Of a stretch of DNA of 46,757 nt, positions 27,631 to 36,012 are shown one piece after another (positions within the stretch are counted from its first letter, which is position 1; each line of letters starts with the position of its first letter). The DNA lies in the NCBI GenBank assembly GCA_041495495.1, contig JBGQCU010000002.1, forward strand, positions 1 to 46,757, in the 5' to 3' direction. The notes below the pieces were generated by a model. It saw only the letters and a program-made list of their open reading frames with translations. It made no database searches and was not told the origin of the DNA. The translations under genes were made by a program, and so were the position numbers. This DNA is from Candidatus Limnocylindria bacterium (GTDB lineage Bacteria > Chloroflexota > Limnocylindria > QHBO01).

Positions 27631-28649
27631 GCCATGCTCTGCGGGTCGATCCCCGCCTCGCGCAGCGCATCGGCCAGGCTGATCTCGCCCTTGGCGACCC
27701 GCAGCTTGACCGCCGGATCGAGGCGCTGCATGAGCGCCAGCCGCTTCTGCGACTCGGCGCGGCGTCGCGCCTTCTCCTCGTCATCGACCGCGGGCCTGGG
27801 GCTCGCGGCCGGCTCCCCCGAGACGGCGACCGGCGCGGCCACGGCCGAGCTCGCTGGAGCGGCGCCATCGGTGTCGGCGCCCGTGCGCCCGTCGGGATAG
27901 AGCACGCCGATCTCGAACTGCTGCAGCTCGGTGGCGTCCTTCGGGGCGCGCCGGTAGGTCTTGCGGTAGAAGGTGAGCATCTCGTTGGCCGAGGCGAATC
28001 CGATCCGGCGCCCGTTGTTCTCGATGCATTGGCTGGTGATGTCGACGAAGGCAAAACCGGGGTGCTCGATCGCCTCCCGGATCACGTTGCGCATGTGGAG
28101 CTGGTGGTACACGGTGGTCTTGGCATACAGCGCGTGCGGCGAGCTGCGCACCAGCCCCTGCAGGTTGATCGGCGTGTTCGGGTTGCCCGCCGGCGAGGAG
28201 AGGGTCTTGGTGCCGGTCGGCGTGGTCGGGCCGGTCTGGCCGCCGGTCAGCCCGTAGATCTCGTTGTTGTTGCACAGCACGGTCAACGGGGCGTTGCGCC
28301 GGATGGCGTGGATCAGGTGGTTGCCCCCGATGCTGGCGGTGTCGCCGTCGCCGGAGACGACGACCACCTGCATCTCGGGTCGCACGGCCTTGATCGCCTC
28401 GGCGACCGGCAATGTCCGGCCGTGAAGGGTGTAGACGCTCTCGTGCTTGAGGTAGCTGCCCATCCGCCCGGTGCAGCCGATGCCGGTGACGATGATCGTG
28501 TTCGTCTCGTCGAGCCCCATCTCGTCGAGGACCATGGCGAGCTGGATCATGATCGTGCCGATCCCGCAGCCCGGGCACCAGATGGTCGGGAAGAGGTCGA
28601 CCTTCAGGCGCCGCTTGAAGCCCAGCTCGGCAAAGGCCAGCTCCGGCAT
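27627..28649 (-). CDS. 2-oxoacid:ferredoxin oxidoreductase, beta (TPP-binding) subunit with about 90-aa C-terminal extension
   Basis: 340 aa. WCPGCG, GIGCTGR, SGDGD...GGNH and NNNEIYGLTGGQ. Residues from about 252 to 340 form an Ala/Pro-rich linker followed by a basic helical tail. Confidence 0.9.
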   Translation of the reverse strand: MPELAFAELGFKRRLKVDLFPTIWCPGCGIGTIMIQLAMVLDEMGLDETNTIIVTGIGCTGRMGSYLKHESVYTLHGRTLPVAEAIKAVRPEMQVVVVSGDGDTASIGGNHLIHAIRRNAPLTVLCNNNEIYGLTGGQTGPTTPTGTKTLSSPAGNPNTPINLQGLVRSSPHALYAKTTVYHQLHMRNVIREAIEHPGFAFVDITSQCIENNGRRIGFASANEMLTFYRKTYRRAPKDATELQQFEIGVLYPDGRTGADTDGAAPASSAVAAPVAVSGEPAASPRPAVDDEEKARRRAESQKRLALMQRLDPAVKLRVAKGEISLADALREAGIDPQSMA

Positions 28650-29785
28650 TAGCCGATCCCCAGCGGCGAGCGCTCGACCTGCTCGGTCGGGGCCGGCGGG
28701 ATCGGCGGCTCGGACGGCCCCCCACCCAGCACCCGCGCCAGTCCGTCGCGCACCGCCTCGATGCTGATCCGCCCACCGAGCAGCGGGACGCGCCTGATCT
28801 CGCGGCGCAGGGCGAGCTCGACCATGTCCGCGTACTGGCCATCGTTGGCCTCGATGCAGACGATCTGCTCGTAGCGGTCAGCGATGGCTGCCAGCTCGTC
28901 GGCCAGCAGCGGATGGATGCGAATCGGCCGGAAGAGGGCGTAGTCAGCGGCAAGTGGCGAGGCGACGCGGCTGACGATGCCGTAGCAGATGACCAGGACC
29001 TTCGCGTCCCGGTTCCAGCCGTGCTCGTAGAGGGCGTAGCGACGCGCCACCTCGGTGTGCCGATGCTTGGCGTCGTAGTACTGGCGCAGGTACTCGTCGG
29101 CGTCGGCGGTTGCCGGTTCCCCTGCGTTCGGCCCGTGCTCGTACATCAGCACGCCGGCGAAGAAGCGCGGCTTGCCAACCTCGTGACGCCCGAGGGGGAC
29201 GAGGGTGCGAGGCACAACCTCTACGCTGCCCGCCGCCTCCTCGAGGTCGACCACCTCGTTCAGGTGCGCCACGAAGGTGTCGGACAGGACGACCACCGGC
29301 GAGCGCGATTCCTCCGCCGCGTTGAACGCCTGCACGGTGAGCCGGAACGCCTCCTCCACCCCGTTGGGGTAGAAGGCCAGCGGGGTGTAGTCACCGGTGC
29401 TGCCGTAGCGCACCTGCATGATGTCGCCCTGCCCGGGCATGGTCGGCATGCCGGTCGCAGGCCCGACCCGCTGGACGTCCACGAAGACGCACGGCACGCC
29501 CACCTTCTGGGCGTAGCCGACCGCCTCCTGCATCAGGCTGAAGCCTGGCCCGCTGGTGGCGGTGAATGACTTGGCGCCGGCCAGGCTGGCGCCGATGATG
29601 GCGTTGGCGCTGGCGATCTCGTCCTCGGCCTGCAGGAAGCGAAACTCGGGGTGCTCGGCGGCCCAGCCCGAGGCGATGTTGAGGATCTCGGTCGACGGCG
29701 AGATCGGGTACCCCGCGAAGTAGGTGGCCCCGGCCGCCACCGCTCCGCGGAAGACCGCCTCGTTGCCCTGGGTCAGCTTCCGCAT
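28649..29785 (-). CDS. 2-oxoacid:ferredoxin oxidoreductase, alpha subunit
   Basis: Start reset to ATG 29785 (MRKLTQGNEAVFRGAVAAG). YPISPSTEI, FLQAEDEIASANA and TATSGPGFSLM. Confidence 0.9.
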   Translation of the reverse strand: MRKLTQGNEAVFRGAVAAGATYFAGYPISPSTEILNIASGWAAEHPEFRFLQAEDEIASANAIIGASLAGAKSFTATSGPGFSLMQEAVGYAQKVGVPCVFVDVQRVGPATGMPTMPGQGDIMQVRYGSTGDYTPLAFYPNGVEEAFRLTVQAFNAAEESRSPVVVLSDTFVAHLNEVVDLEEAAGSVEVVPRTLVPLGRHEVGKPRFFAGVLMYEHGPNAGEPATADADEYLRQYYDAKHRHTEVARRYALYEHGWNRDAKVLVICYGIVSRVASPLAADYALFRPIRIHPLLADELAAIADRYEQIVCIEANDGQYADMVELALRREIRRVPLLGGRISIEAVRDGLARVLGGGPSEPPIPPAPTEQVERSPLGIG

Positions 29786-29790
29786 CGGTC

Positions 29791-30102
29791 CTACGACGGC
29801 TCCGCGGCCGAGCCGCCCTGCGCGGCGTGGGCAGCCACCGCCTCGGGCAGCATCTCGATCGCCAGGTCCGGGCAGTAGCGCTCGCACAGGCCGCACAGGA
29901 TGCAGTCCTGCTCCTCGATGATGGCGTCGTTGCGCAGCACCAGCGTGTTCTTGGGACAGATCTCGACGCAGATGTCGCAGCGCTTGCAGAAGACCGGGTT
30001 CCAGCTGATGTTCGCGTAGTCGACCCAGCGGATCCCGTCCTTGTGGTCGGTGGAGATCCCGCTTCCAAAGCCGATCGGGTCCGAAGCGCCTTCACGAGTC
30101 AT
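29791..30102 (-). CDS. 2-oxoacid:ferredoxin oxidoreductase, delta subunit (2x[4Fe-4S] ferredoxin)
   Basis: 103 aa. CKRCDICVEICP and CILCGLCERYCP. Confidence 0.9.
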   Translation of the reverse strand: MTREGASDPIGFGSGISTDHKDGIRWVDYANISWNPVFCKRCDICVEICPKNTLVLRNDAIIEEQDCILCGLCERYCPDLAIEMLPEAVAAHAAQGGSAAEPS

Positions 30103-30257
30103 GGGACGGCAAGTCTACGCGGGTCGGCGGGTGCCGCGCGTGTGCGAGGCCGGGGCGTCCTGCCGGCTCGATGCGGCCGGCGGATGCTTCGGAGCGCCGC
30201 CAGCGGACGACCGCGAGCGCCGAGTACCTGCACCAGTCCTGTCGGAGATCCCGCGCG

Positions 30258-31862
30258 CTAGTAATCGAGCTCCGCCGCCTTCCAGATGCGCTCGAGGACG
30301 TAGTGGCCGTCGCCCTCGGGGTCGGTGAGGCTCGGGCGAGCGTCGAGGACCATGACGTATGGATGGAGCCGGACGTTCACAAGGGTCGTGCCGCGGAACG
30401 TCAGGTCGAGGATGACGCCCTCCTGCGTCTCCTGCCACCACGGCTGCCCGTACATGTAGTTGCCCGGACCCGCGTCAACGAGGCTGACGCCCTTCGGACG
30501 GTCGCGGAGGAAGATCCCGCCCGTCACGTGCAGGCCGCCCCCGATGACCTGGTCGCACCCGGCCTCGTCCATCCAGCTCAGAGCCTTCTGCTGCGACGCC
30601 CGCAGGTCCGGGTGATACTCGTCACCCCCCCACCACTGCGGGTCGCAGATCACCAGGTCGGCGCCGGCGGTTCGCGCTCGGCTCACGGCCGCGTCGACGT
30701 TCTCCTGCGTGAGCCAGGCGACGCCCGGCGTGGTCGGGCCGGCATGGGTCGGGCCGAGCACCTCGTTCCAGGACACGAACGCGACCTTCAGGCCGGCGAC
30801 CGCGACGTATGCGGGCTCGAGGGCCTGGTCGAGGTTCATCCCCAGGCCCGTGTGCGGGAAGCCGTGCTTGTCGAGGAGCTCCAGCGTCGAGCGGATGCCG
30901 CGGACGCCCCGATCGCTCTGGTGGTCGGCGGCGAGATACACGGCATCGATGCCGAGGAAGTCCTTCCACCTCGTCAGGACCGCCTCAGGCACGGCGAGGC
31001 TGGGCGGACCGCTCTTGTTCGGCACCCAGCCTTTGTCCGGGAGGATCGGGCACTTTTGATCCGCGAGGGCCACGTCGGATCGCTTGCTGATGGTCGCGGT
31101 GACCCCGTCGTTGCCACTCTCGATCGGCTTCACGATCGGGAATCGCGAGATCCCCGCAGGCGGGTTCGGGTTGAGGAATGGCTTGCCCCTGTATGTCGCC
31201 GTCCCTCCGCCGAAGGGCCAATCCCAGCCCTTGCCCAGCGTGACGGCCTGGTACGCGGCCACACGATCCGCGCAGAGGCTCCCGATCGCGGTCAGGGTCC
31301 AGGTCTGCGAGGCGTCGTAGGCGGTCCAGGCCGGGTCGAGCGCGCCGGGACCATCCGACGGCGCCGAACCGATGACCGGGTAGGGCAGCGCCCGGGCCTC
31401 CGGGTCGCCGAACAGGTCGGGCCCGAAGAGCCCGAACGGCCCGTCCCCGGCGATCGAGAGGACCTTCGTTGCCGGCTCGACAAGGCCCGGCGGCAGGAGT
31501 GCCACGACCTTCTGGTCGGCACGGATATCCGCGGCGACCTGGTCTGCCGCGACACAGGGCGCGGTCGCGGTGAGGTTCGGCTGACGGAGCCTTACGCCGC
31601 AGGGCACCTCGAGCTGGCCGCCGCTGGCGAGCGTCCCAAGCTCGTCGAGGGTGATGGTCGCCTTGAGATTCGTGATGCCGGTGACCACGGCGAGCGGGAA
31701 GATGACAGGGGGAATGGGCGTGGGCGTCGGAGATGGCTGGGGCGTCGGGGTAGCCGAGGGGGACGGCACGAGAGTGGGACTGGGACTCGGACTCGCGCAT
31801 CCGACGAGCAGCGTCACCACCGCGACGGCGGTAACTCCTCGGAGCGACGCCGGGGGCTTCAC
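30258..31862 (-). CDS. CapA-family (PGA_cap metallophosphatase-like) lipoprotein with long N-terminal region
   Basis: Start reset to GTG 31862. Lipobox LLVGCAS is followed by a Pro/Ser/Thr linker. The C-terminal half (AVYLAADHQSDRG, LKVAFVSWNE, ADLVICDPQWWGGDEY, DQVIGGGLHV) is co-linear with CapA-type proteins. Confidence 0.8.
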   Translation of the reverse strand: MKPPASLRGVTAVAVVTLLVGCASPSPSPTLVPSPSATPTPQPSPTPTPIPPVIFPLAVVTGITNLKATITLDELGTLASGGQLEVPCGVRLRQPNLTATAPCVAADQVAADIRADQKVVALLPPGLVEPATKVLSIAGDGPFGLFGPDLFGDPEARALPYPVIGSAPSDGPGALDPAWTAYDASQTWTLTAIGSLCADRVAAYQAVTLGKGWDWPFGGGTATYRGKPFLNPNPPAGISRFPIVKPIESGNDGVTATISKRSDVALADQKCPILPDKGWVPNKSGPPSLAVPEAVLTRWKDFLGIDAVYLAADHQSDRGVRGIRSTLELLDKHGFPHTGLGMNLDQALEPAYVAVAGLKVAFVSWNEVLGPTHAGPTTPGVAWLTQENVDAAVSRARTAGADLVICDPQWWGGDEYHPDLRASQQKALSWMDEAGCDQVIGGGLHVTGGIFLRDRPKGVSLVDAGPGNYMYGQPWWQETQEGVILDLTFRGTTLVNVRLHPYVMVLDARPSLTDPEGDGHYVLERIWKAAELDY

Positions 31863-31891
31863 GGCGCTATCGTAGCCACCGGTTTGCAGCC

Positions 31892-32968
31892 ATGAGCACA
31901 CTCGACGACGCTTCCATTCCTCTCGTCGCCGCGGGGCGCCGGCCCGGTCGCGGTCCGCGCTCGGACGAACGCCGGGCGTCACGTACGCTGCGCGCACTCC
32001 GTGCGCTCATCTCCGGGCTCGTCCTCGGTGTCTGGCTTCTCGCCGGTCCGGCGACTGCTCCGCCCCGCGTCGCCGCAGTCGGGCCGCTGCCAGCCTGCCG
32101 CCTCGCCGAGATCCCGACGGTCCCGCGGGACTACGACAGCTGGAGCACCACGCTCGTGGACTGGCTCCTGACCGTCGGGAAGGACTACGTGCCACCCGAT
32201 CTCGTGCCGGTGAAGGAGGCGGGCATCGCCGGCAGCGGGTACATCCGCAAGGTGGCGATCGACGATCTCGCCGCCATGGCCAAGGCCGCGGCCGAGGCCG
32301 GCACGCCGATAGCCGTCAATAGCCCCTACCGGAGCTATGCGGAGCAGGTCGGCAGCTTCAACGGGTGGGCCAACCTTGACGGCTACGACGACGCCATCAC
32401 GTACTCGCAGCGACCCGGCCACTCGGAGCATCAGCTCGGCCTGACGATCGACTTCATGACGAAAGGCGGCGGCAGCGCGCTGAAGGGCGACTGGGCCACG
32501 ACCCCGGCTGGACGGTGGATGGCCAACAACGCCTGGAAGTATGGGTGGGTCATGAGCTACCCGAAGGGCAAGGGAGGCAAGCTCTTTTCGGACGTCACGT
32601 GCTTCCACTACGAGCCGTGGCACTACCGCTACCTCGGACGGGAGCTCGCCGCCCAGGTCCACGAATCCGGGCTGACCATTCGGGAGTACCTCTGGACCCA
32701 CTTCACGATGGTCGATCCGATCACGGGTAGCCCCATTCCGACCGCGACGCCCACCCCATCGGCCACCCCGACCCCGACGCCGACCCCGTCGGCCACCCCG
32801 ACGCCGACCGTAGCGGCGACGACCACGCCGTCGGCGGCCCCGAGCCCCGGGACGCAGCCCGTCGGCACCTGGTTCGGGGCCGATCCGCCCGTGGTTCTCG
32901 CGGGACTCCTGTTCATCGTGCTGGCGTCGATCGGGTTCGCGGCCTGGCGCGGCTTCTTACGGCGCTAG
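31892..32968 (+). CDS. D-alanyl-D-alanine carboxypeptidase family protein (VanY / peptidase M15B), membrane anchored at both ends
   Basis: 358 aa. VNSPYRSYAEQ, PGHSEHQLGLTIDF and EPWHYRY. A C-terminal PT-rich linker is followed by one TM helix. Confidence 0.85.
   Translation: MSTLDDASIPLVAAGRRPGRGPRSDERRASRTLRALRALISGLVLGVWLLAGPATAPPRVAAVGPLPACRLAEIPTVPRDYDSWSTTLVDWLLTVGKDYVPPDLVPVKEAGIAGSGYIRKVAIDDLAAMAKAAAEAGTPIAVNSPYRSYAEQVGSFNGWANLDGYDDAITYSQRPGHSEHQLGLTIDFMTKGGGSALKGDWATTPAGRWMANNAWKYGWVMSYPKGKGGKLFSDVTCFHYEPWHYRYLGRELAAQVHESGLTIREYLWTHFTMVDPITGSPIPTATPTPSATPTPTPTPSATPTPTVAATTTPSAAPSPGTQPVGTWFGADPPVVLAGLLFIVLASIGFAAWRGFLRR
32740..32815 (+). repeat. coding low-complexity repeat (Pro/Thr linker), with an imperfect 30-bp tandem duplication
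   Basis: CCCC(A/G)TCGGCCACCCCGAC recurs at 32754 and 32784 and encodes PSATPTPTPTPSATPTPT. Confidence 0.6.
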
Positions 32969-33001
32969 CTGCCGTCGATCTTCTTGAGCGCGGACCTCAT
33001 C

Positions 33002-33046
33002 TCGACCAGCTTGGCGAGACCGGGACGCCGGAGACAAGCTGGTCGA
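33002..33046. terminator. 12-bp perfect inverted repeat between convergent genes (possible bidirectional terminator)
   Basis: TCGACCAGCTTG (33002-33013) pairs with CAAGCTGGTCGA (33035-33046) around a 21-nt loop. No U tract. Confidence 0.3.
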
Positions 33047-33152
33047 AGCTGAACACGGGGGGGGTCGGTCCAGCCGGCAAGGCGAGCCAACCTGGCGACC
33101 CCGAGATCACAGCGACGCTCCGCTCCGAGCAGGTTCGGCCAAGGGCTGGAGC

Positions 33153-34148
33153 TCAGGTCGTATCGGGCTCCAGCGCAGCCACGTCCGGGGACGGGCCGGA
33201 TTCCTCCACCTCGCGTGGCCGCCCGCTGACCATCGCGATCACGGCGCCGATGATCAGGGCAGCGGCGATCAGCGAGCGGAGCGAGAGGGTCTCGCCACGG
33301 AATACGAAGCCCAGGGCGACCGCCACCACCGGGTTGACGTAGGCATAGGTCGCCACCGTCGTGACCGCCACGTGGTTGAGCAGCCACACATAGGCCGTGA
33401 ACGCAACGAGCGAGCCAAAGACGATCAGGAAGGCGAGGCCCAGCAACGAGGCTGTCGTCACCCTGGCAGGGTCGAAGGCCCCGATCTCCCCCACCGCGGC
33501 GCCGACCGCGAGCAGCACCAGCCCGCCGGCAAGCTGCTCCATGCCGGTGCCGAGCAGGTGGTTGGACGGTAACGGCCCGCGGCGGGCGTACAGCGAGCCC
33601 GACGCCCAGCAGACGGTGGCGATCACGAGGATTCCGATGCCGGCAGGGTCGAGCGAGTCGAGCCCGGTCGACGGGAGGAGAAGGATCCCCACGCCGACCA
33701 GCCCCACCAGCAGCCCGACGATGGCCAACAGGCTGGGCATCCGCCGTGTGAGCAGGGCGTCGAAGACGCTCAACCAGATCGGCGTGGTGGCGATGATGAC
33801 CGCCGCGATCCCGGACGGAATGGTCAGCTCGGCGAGCGAGACCATGCCGTTCCCGCCCAGCAGCAGCAGCCCGCCGACGATGAACGCGGTGCGCCATTCG
33901 ATGGCCCGCGGCCAGCGCAGCCGGCCCGTGCGCGACCCGCCGCGAGCGGCGCTCCAGCGATCTCGGGCAACCAGGAACGCGATCAAGGTGAGGCCTGCCG
34001 TCATGAAGCGAGCGCCGGCTGCCAGCAGCGGCGGCAATGTCTCGACCACGTAGGCGATGGCGAGGTAGGTCGAGCCCCAGACCACGTACACCGTACCGAG
34101 CGCCGCGGCCACCGCCACGTTCGACGCACGAGGGGGTACGGGAGTCAT
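33153..34148 (-). CDS. EamA family (DMT superfamily) transporter
   Basis: 331 aa, ten hydrophobic segments. VVWGSTYLAI is an N-terminal EamA motif. Confidence 0.9.
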   Translation of the reverse strand: MTPVPPRASNVAVAAALGTVYVVWGSTYLAIAYVVETLPPLLAAGARFMTAGLTLIAFLVARDRWSAARGGSRTGRLRWPRAIEWRTAFIVGGLLLLGGNGMVSLAELTIPSGIAAVIIATTPIWLSVFDALLTRRMPSLLAIVGLLVGLVGVGILLLPSTGLDSLDPAGIGILVIATVCWASGSLYARRGPLPSNHLLGTGMEQLAGGLVLLAVGAAVGEIGAFDPARVTTASLLGLAFLIVFGSLVAFTAYVWLLNHVAVTTVATYAYVNPVVAVALGFVFRGETLSLRSLIAAALIIGAVIAMVSGRPREVEESGPSPDVAALEPDTT

Positions 34149-34217
34149 CGATGCATTGTGAAGTAACCGGCCATGCCACGTTCAACGGTGTCAGCGGCCC
34201 ATTCGTGAGAGGGGTCG

Positions 34218-34242
34218 CGAACGGACTCTCTCGTTCGTCGTC
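34218..34242 (+). promoter_or_regulatory. candidate ECF-type promoter upstream of the YciI/sigma operon
   Basis: CGAAC (34218-34222), 16 nt, then CGTC (34239-34242), about 50 nt before ATG 34292. This is the generic ECF -35 GAAC / -10 CGTC pattern only. Confidence 0.25.
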
Positions 34243-34291
34243 ATCATGAGAGGGTCATGCGTGCCGTGACCGATGCAGCGAAGGTGACGCG

Positions 34292-34645
34292 ATGAAATAC
34301 ATGCTTCTGATCTGCGGGGCTGAGGACGGATGGGACCATCTGAGCGAGGCGGAGCAGGGCGCGCTCTACGCGCGCATCAGCACCTGGTGGGACGAGCGGA
34401 CGGCGGCGGGCGAGCTGCTGGAGGGCGCCCAGCTGCAGCCGTCCAGCACGGCGACCACGGTTCGGCGCGCCATCTCGGGCGACGTCAGCGTGACCGACGG
34501 TCCGTTCGTGGAGGGCAAGGAGATGGTCGGTGGCTATGGGGTCATCGACGTGCCCGACCTGGACGCCGCGATTCGGCTCGCCTCCTCGTGGCCGGCGCCG
34601 GACACCCTCGAGATCCGGCCGCTCGTCACCGGGGTGATGGGGTAG
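34292..34645 (+). CDS. YciI family (DGPF domain) protein
   Basis: 117 aa. MKYMLLI and [21 protein letters not shown]. Confidence 0.9.
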   Translation: MKYMLLICGAEDGWDHLSEAEQGALYARISTWWDERTAAGELLEGAQLQPSSTATTVRRAISGDVSVTDGPFVEGKEMVGGYGVIDVPDLDAAIRLASSWPAPDTLEIRPLVTGVMG

Positions 34646-34653
34646 CAGCTGGC

Positions 34654-35910
34654 TTGACAGCGCGCCGGTCCGTCGACGCGTCGCTCGAGCGGGTCCTCCG
34701 CGAGGAGCGGTCGCGCCTGATCGCCTCGCTGGTCCGCATCCTCCGCGATTGGGACCTGGCCGAGGAGCTGGTCCAGGAGGCGGCCGTTGCGGCGCTCGAG
34801 CATTGGCCGGCCGACGGTGTGCCGCGCAACCCTGGGGCGTGGCTGATGACCACCGCGCGCCGCCGCGCGATCGATCGGCTGCGGCGCGACGCGAGGTTCC
34901 GGGAGCGCCTGGCCCGGCTCGGAGAGGAGGCTGACGAGATGGAGCGACCGATCCCAACCGGCGGGCCGCTCGCCGTCGACGACCGTCTGCGCCTCATCTT
35001 CACCTGCTGCCACCCCGCGCTCTCGCGGGAGGCGCAGGTGGCGCTCACGTTGCGCACGATCGGCGGCCTCGACTCGGCCCAGGTGGCGCGCGCCTTTCTC
35101 GTTCCCGAGTCCACCGTGGCACAGCGACTGGTCCGCGCGAAACGCAAGATTCGGGATGCCGGGATCCCATTCCGCATCCCGGAGGGAGCCGAGCTGCCCC
35201 AGCGCCTGGAGCAGGTGCTGGCCGTGCTGTATCTCGTCTTCAACGAGGGATATCTCGCCTCGGACGGAGCCGTGCCGGAACGTCGCGAGCTGGCAGCCGA
35301 CGCCGAGTGGCTCACGTCGCTGCTGGTGCGCCTGATGCCGGACGAATCAGAGCCACTCGGCCTGCTGGCTCTGATGCAGCTGCACCTGGCCCGGGTCGAC
35401 TCGCGCTTCGCGTCGGACGGATCCCTGATCCTGCTCCCCGACCAGGACCGCTCGCGCTGGGACCACTCGGCCATCGCGGCGGCCAGAGCGATGATCGAGC
35501 GCGCCCTGCGCATGGGCCGCCCCGGGCCGTACCTGCTGCAGGCGGCGATCGTGGCCGTCCACGCGGCGGCCCCGTCGTACGCAGCGACCGACTGGGCAGA
35601 GATCGTGGCGCTCTACGACCGCCTGCTGCGGCTCCAGCCGACGCCCGTCGTCGCGCTGAATCGAGCGCTTGCCCTGGCAGAGCTGGCCGGGCCGGCGGTC
35701 GCGCTGGCCGAGATCGAGCCGCTCGCCCCGCGGCTGGACGGCTATCACCTCTTCCATGCGGCGCGCGGGGAGCTGCTTCGGCGCCAGGGCCGCCCGGAGG
35801 AGGCACGCGATGCAAATCGCCGCGCGCTGGCCCTCACCGACAACCCCGCCGAGCGCCGCCTGCTGGAGGCACGTTTGATCGGGCCGGACAGGGGTGACGG
35901 CGTCGAATGA
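34654..35910 (+). CDS. ECF sigma factor with long C-terminal TPR-like extension (ECF42-like)
   Basis: Start set to TTG 34654, 6 nt after the YciI stop. Sigma2 region [18 protein letters not shown]...[24 protein letters not shown], sigma4 region [37 protein letters not shown], then about 230 aa of helical extension. Confidence 0.9.
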   Translation: MTARRSVDASLERVLREERSRLIASLVRILRDWDLAEELVQEAAVAALEHWPADGVPRNPGAWLMTTARRRAIDRLRRDARFRERLARLGEEADEMERPIPTGGPLAVDDRLRLIFTCCHPALSREAQVALTLRTIGGLDSAQVARAFLVPESTVAQRLVRAKRKIRDAGIPFRIPEGAELPQRLEQVLAVLYLVFNEGYLASDGAVPERRELAADAEWLTSLLVRLMPDESEPLGLLALMQLHLARVDSRFASDGSLILLPDQDRSRWDHSAIAAARAMIERALRMGRPGPYLLQAAIVAVHAAAPSYAATDWAEIVALYDRLLRLQPTPVVALNRALALAELAGPAVALAEIEPLAPRLDGYHLFHAARGELLRRQGRPEEARDANRRALALTDNPAERRLLEARLIGPDRGDGVE

Positions 35911-36012
35911 GCGCCGTCGGGCCACCTCGCTCGAAATTGCGGACGTCATACGTAAATTCGCCTGACACCGCGGTCGTGATCGTGGTCTACTTACGCCACG
36001 GTGGAGGGGCGT

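Noticed and set aside
30103-30257. GCCGGC-containing short hairpins between the OFOR delta gene start and the CapA-like gene stop, considered as a terminator.
   Set aside because: The stems are only 5-6 bp and are built from self-complementary GC hexamers that are common in this composition. That is not distinctive enough to call.
31690-32815. Short-period repeats in the DNA at about 31690-31800 and 32740-32815, considered as possible CRISPR or VNTR arrays.
   Set aside because: Both stretches lie inside coding sequence and encode Pro/Thr/Ser linkers. The repeats are imperfect and lack unique spacers, and there are no cas genes.
32965-33152. A G8 homopolymer (33057-33064) and coding-looking tails (VFSFDQLVSGV..., ...LAKLVEMRSALKKIDGS) in the convergent spacer, considered as a frameshifted pseudogene or small gene.
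   Set aside because: There is no convincing start codon, no recognisable family, and mixed GC3 across the stretch. I cannot support this from sequence alone, so only the 12-bp inverted repeat is reported.
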